In this document: positions 45,196 to 48,057 of the stretch, one piece after another
How the letters are laid out: every line of letters begins with the position of its first letter
Position numbering within the stretch: position 1 is the first letter of the stretch
From: Acholeplasmataceae bacterium
Lineage (GTDB): Bacteria > Bacillota_I > Bacilli_A > Izemoplasmatales > Hujiaoplasmataceae
Assembly: GCA_012515085.1 (NCBI GenBank)
Contig: JAAYZB010000143.1
Coordinates: forward strand, 1-48,057
DNA: 48,057 nucleotides
Reading direction: 5' to 3'
Made by a program: the position numbers and the translations under genes
The notes under the pieces: model-generated
Told to the model about the DNA's origin: nothing
What the model saw: the letters and a program-made list of their open reading frames with translations, nothing else
The model's database searches: none

Positions 45196-45648
45196 CTACG
45201 CATTTTTTCGTTGAATGATGGCTTTTACACGTTCTAATTGCCACTCTTCTTCTCTAACGACATCCCCGGATGCTTTTATGGAATAGGCGAGCGCGATCGG
45301 GGCGTGACCTTTTGTATGTGCCGTCGCTGCGGCGTGACCGCAGGCCCTCGCTGCATATTGCGCTTCTGGTATTGTTGCATTTCGGGCGGCTTGATGTGCC
45401 AAGAATGCCGCTTTGCGGCAATCGCTCATCTTGATGGTTCCTTTCTGATAATCAAGGGTGGCGCGAATGGCATCCTTCGGACGAGAATCGTTTGGATAAT
45501 ATTTCTCGAAATTTTTTAGTCCTCGCTCGGCACTTTCTGCCACAAGCAACAATAAGTCGTTTTGGTCCATCCCTGCCAATACGGTCTTCAGGTTATCCAC
45601 ACCTTTTTTCAATGAAAACATCGGTTCAGACGCTTCTCTTTTTCTCAC
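45196..45648 (-). CDS. Imm5-like putative immunity protein (tentative)
   Basis: 150 aa with a GTG start at 45648 overlapping the upstream TGA; an ATG at 45621 is an alternative. It is all-helical, and the repeated Ala/His-rich segment AAFLAHQAARNA...AARACGHAAATAHTKGHAPIALAYSIKA resembles the Imm5 family signature as I recall it. Confidence 0.4.
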   Translation of the reverse strand: MRKREASEPMFSLKKGVDNLKTVLAGMDQNDLLLLVAESAERGLKNFEKYYPNDSRPKDAIRATLDYQKGTIKMSDCRKAAFLAHQAARNATIPEAQYAARACGHAAATAHTKGHAPIALAYSIKASGDVVREEEWQLERVKAIIQRKNA

Positions 45649-46043
45649 TTATGGCCGCGTCCTTTCAACCCCCAAGAATATAAAAGCGGACCTATGAATG
45701 TCAACCCGATGGCGACATAGAATCCATAGGCGCTGAAAACGGTATTTGTGGATCGATTGATTAGCCCGATCACCAAAAAAACGAGAAAAGTCATGATTGC
45801 CCAGATGAAACCAGAAATCATTCCCGCTTTGGCGGGATTGATTTTCTCAAAGATGCCCAAGATAAATCCGAAACATCCGGCGATGATTCCGGCAACCAAA
45901 AAGGCGATATTATAAAGCTTAAACCAATGATCCGCGTGACTATCGACTCCAACTGATAAAAAAGCAAGCATTGCCTTTTGCATCAACCAAACGCCCATGC
46001 CGACAGCCAGTCCAATCAGCACATCGATCAATAATCGTTTCAT
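45645..46043 (-). CDS. small integral membrane protein (4 TM), unknown function
   Basis: 132 aa with four hydrophobic helices. The RBS is strong (GGGGGAGGGA). Confidence 0.6.
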   Translation of the reverse strand: MKRLLIDVLIGLAVGMGVWLMQKAMLAFLSVGVDSHADHWFKLYNIAFLVAGIIAGCFGFILGIFEKINPAKAGMISGFIWAIMTFLVFLVIGLINRSTNTVFSAYGFYVAIGLTFIGPLLYSWGLKGRGHK

Positions 46044-46122
46044 CGGATCCCTCCCCCGGCTGTGTTGTTATGATTATATCATTTTCAAGCCTTCTTTGAC
46101 ACTCCATCCCTTTTAATTGCTG

Positions 46123-48057
46123 TTATGACTTGACCTTGGACACTGTCCGAAGAGGCACTTTCGCCATGGCGATCGCGATTGCCACCACTGGCAGTAACAG
46201 TGCAAAAGCGGAAGTGATGATCAATGCTTGCCAATAATGGGCTGATGCTAGTTTGATGGATACCAGTTCAAAATTATAGATATTCAAAAAATGTTCATTT
46301 AGCGCTTCAATCGGCAGTGTTGCCAAAAAATATGACACCGCGAAGGCCAGTCCCAATACTATCAGTACATCCACAAAAAGAATCAATGTCAACGTGACAT
46401 TAGAAATTCCAAAAGACTTCAGCACTTTGATATGATGCCGGTTTCGTCGGATGGATCCAATCGATCCGGCGATCACTCCGGTCACTGTCAATAACAAAGC
46501 CAATGCGGCGAACCACTTCCCCAGTTTCACCCAATTGTCTTGTGTGGTGTTGATAGAAAGTATGGTGTGCCGGTAAGGCGTATATTCTGCATATCCTGCG
46601 CGGATATAGTTTGTAAATCGATCATAAAACGGATCGGACGCCTTGGGCCATTGAAACAACGCGTATACTTTTTTATTGACGGTTTTGTTGGCAGAAAGCG
46701 ACAAAAACATGCCCCGAAACTCCCCATTCGCAAAAAACATCGACTCATCATCCTGGCGCAAATATTGAAGTGTGTCCGAATCAAGCGACTCCGCTTGATA
46801 GACGATGAAAGGGCGACCGGCGGACCTTGTTGGACGCGAACGATCAGTACTTTTATTGTATTGGTAATAATCGATTCCTAGATGAATGTCTAATGTATTG
46901 ATGAACTCAGAAGTAATCGATGCACGCGGGACATCAAGCAGTTCAGCCAATTGATAATCGGATATCAATATGTATTCGTTCGTCACCTTACCTAAAACAT
47001 CACCAATGATATTGAATTCATCCAAATCGGACACGAATTCAAGCTTTCGATATTCAGAATCCGTCGTTGTTTCCCCATTAGTCGTGATATTCACCCCGAG
47101 GATAGACAAAAAGGCTTCGCTTGTTTTTATTGCATCCAAAAAAGCTGGCGAAGCGACGACCGATTGCCTTTGAGCGAGGTATTCGCTCGCAAAGTCATAT
47201 GCGGGATCGGACTCGGCAAGCGACCGGTGTTGACTATAGCGGCTTTTGATGATTCCCGAAATGGTGAATGCGAATCCCGTATCACGATCAGTCATTGTGA
47301 ATCCGATCAGATCACTCATGGCATCCGCTTCCGGAATCACCCCGATTTCCAATAGCCGCTCAGCCATATAATCATAGATCAACACCTCATTAGCGAGCTT
47401 GGGTGTCGTTCCATACCGAAGGGGCTGATAAAACTGGATAAAATCATCGACGATGAGGATATCTGTAAAATGCATCGCTTCATCATAATTTTCGGCTTGG
47501 CCGGAAAGATATGTTTGATCAAGTAGAAAGAAATCTTCAAAAGTTCGATTGTAGAAATATGCGGCATACACCGGAATGCGGTACTTGATCTTCTCAGATA
47601 TCTTTTTTTTGTCATTCAGATAATTTTCTTCCGGATCTGGTCCTCGATAAAATTGGACTCCGTACGGATAAACAACCCGCTGATCCAAGTATTGCGTAAT
47701 CTGAATCAGATATTCTTCATTGCGATCCACCAACTGTTGATAGGCAGAAAAAGAATCATAGTCAATGATCGCCGCCGTGCTTTCAATGATTGTCATCGAC
47801 ATCGCCATTATGACAAGCATTACCAACGCATGACCCAACATCCGCCCCAAATTACCAAATACCAAGCGGAAAAAATCGACGATGTGACACATTCCCGATG
47901 GATGCTTGATGAGGGGTGCGGATTCTATAGGAGCGATCGGTGGTTCTTCTATTGACGTTTTTTTTGTATCTGACACAAGACAGCCGTTCTCCAAATGAAT
48001 GATCCGGTCTCCATATCTTTCTGCCAACTGGTTGTCTTGGGTGGCCACGATAACCAA
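46123..48057 (-). CDS. fused ABC ATPase / FtsX-type (MacB-like) permease, 5' end outside window
   Basis: The frame is open to the window edge. The first residues (...VIVATQDNQLAERYGDRIIHLENG) are the end of an ABC ATPase domain. A TM helix follows, then an extracytoplasmic domain of about 450 aa, then three C-terminal TM helices typical of FtsX/MacB permeases. Confidence 0.75.
   Translation of the reverse strand: MVIVATQDNQLAERYGDRIIHLENGCLVSDTKKTSIEEPPIAPIESAPLIKHPSGMCHIVDFFRLVFGNLGRMLGHALVMLVIMAMSMTIIESTAAIIDYDSFSAYQQLVDRNEEYLIQITQYLDQRVVYPYGVQFYRGPDPEENYLNDKKKISEKIKYRIPVYAAYFYNRTFEDFFLLDQTYLSGQAENYDEAMHFTDILIVDDFIQFYQPLRYGTTPKLANEVLIYDYMAERLLEIGVIPEADAMSDLIGFTMTDRDTGFAFTISGIIKSRYSQHRSLAESDPAYDFASEYLAQRQSVVASPAFLDAIKTSEAFLSILGVNITTNGETTTDSEYRKLEFVSDLDEFNIIGDVLGKVTNEYILISDYQLAELLDVPRASITSEFINTLDIHLGIDYYQYNKSTDRSRPTRSAGRPFIVYQAESLDSDTLQYLRQDDESMFFANGEFRGMFLSLSANKTVNKKVYALFQWPKASDPFYDRFTNYIRAGYAEYTPYRHTILSINTTQDNWVKLGKWFAALALLLTVTGVIAGSIGSIRRNRHHIKVLKSFGISNVTLTLILFVDVLIVLGLAFAVSYFLATLPIEALNEHFLNIYNFELVSIKLASAHYWQALIITSAFALLLPVVAIAIAMAKVPLRTVSKVKS

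Overview
This 48-kb window looks like a low-GC Gram-positive anaerobe (Firmicutes-like), judged from AGGAGG-type RBSs, a class-3 FBPase and lipobox lipoproteins. It is densely packed: about 50 genes, and all but one CDS are on the minus strand. Many junctions overlap by 1-17 nt (ATGA, TTGA, GTGA), which suggests very long operons. I saw no transposase, integrase, CRISPR or phage genes.

Blocks, left to right in plus-strand coordinates (transcription runs right to left):
1. 1-14.7 kb: a composite operon. A corrinoid-methyltransferase module (DUF2284, RACo activase, PocR-AraC sensor, corrinoid protein, three URO-D/MtaA-like methyltransferases) is interleaved with an alpha-glucan module (fused SBP-permease, MalG-like permease, GH13 enzyme, a lipoprotein with tandem CBM-like repeats) and ends in an esterase.
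2. 14.8-16.2 kb: a plus-strand alkyltransferase-like (ATL) gene, a membrane-anchored hypothetical protein, and tRNA-Val and tRNA-Thr.
3. 16.3-24.8 kb: the methylaspartate pathway of glutamate fermentation (glmS-glmL-glmE-mal), followed by citrate-lyase-type genes (citD-E-F plus a citX-citG fusion) that are probably citramalate lyase.
4. 24.9-34.2 kb: a complete lysine-fermentation operon (MaoC-like, atoDA, kal, kce, kdd, kamA, a P-loop ORF, kamD, kamE, PduO-type adenosyltransferase). It sits behind a consensus promoter and a lysine riboswitch whose expression platform reads as an ON switch.
5. 34.2-38.6 kb: mutY, a Nudix hydrolase, class-3 fbp, an esterase and a small DUF4177-like ORF.
6. 38.8-45.0 kb: a hexuronate/gluconate cluster (uxaE, PfkB kinase, gnd, SDR, LarA-like nickel-pincer epimerase).
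7. 45.2-48.1 kb: an Imm5-like protein, a small membrane protein and a fused ABC-ATPase/FtsX-type permease truncated by the window edge.

The best candidates for new biology are the glucan-plus-corrinoid-methyltransferase operon (a possible methylated-glycan demethylation system) and the lysine-ON riboswitch. All calls rest on reading the sequence and recalling family motifs; no database search was run.
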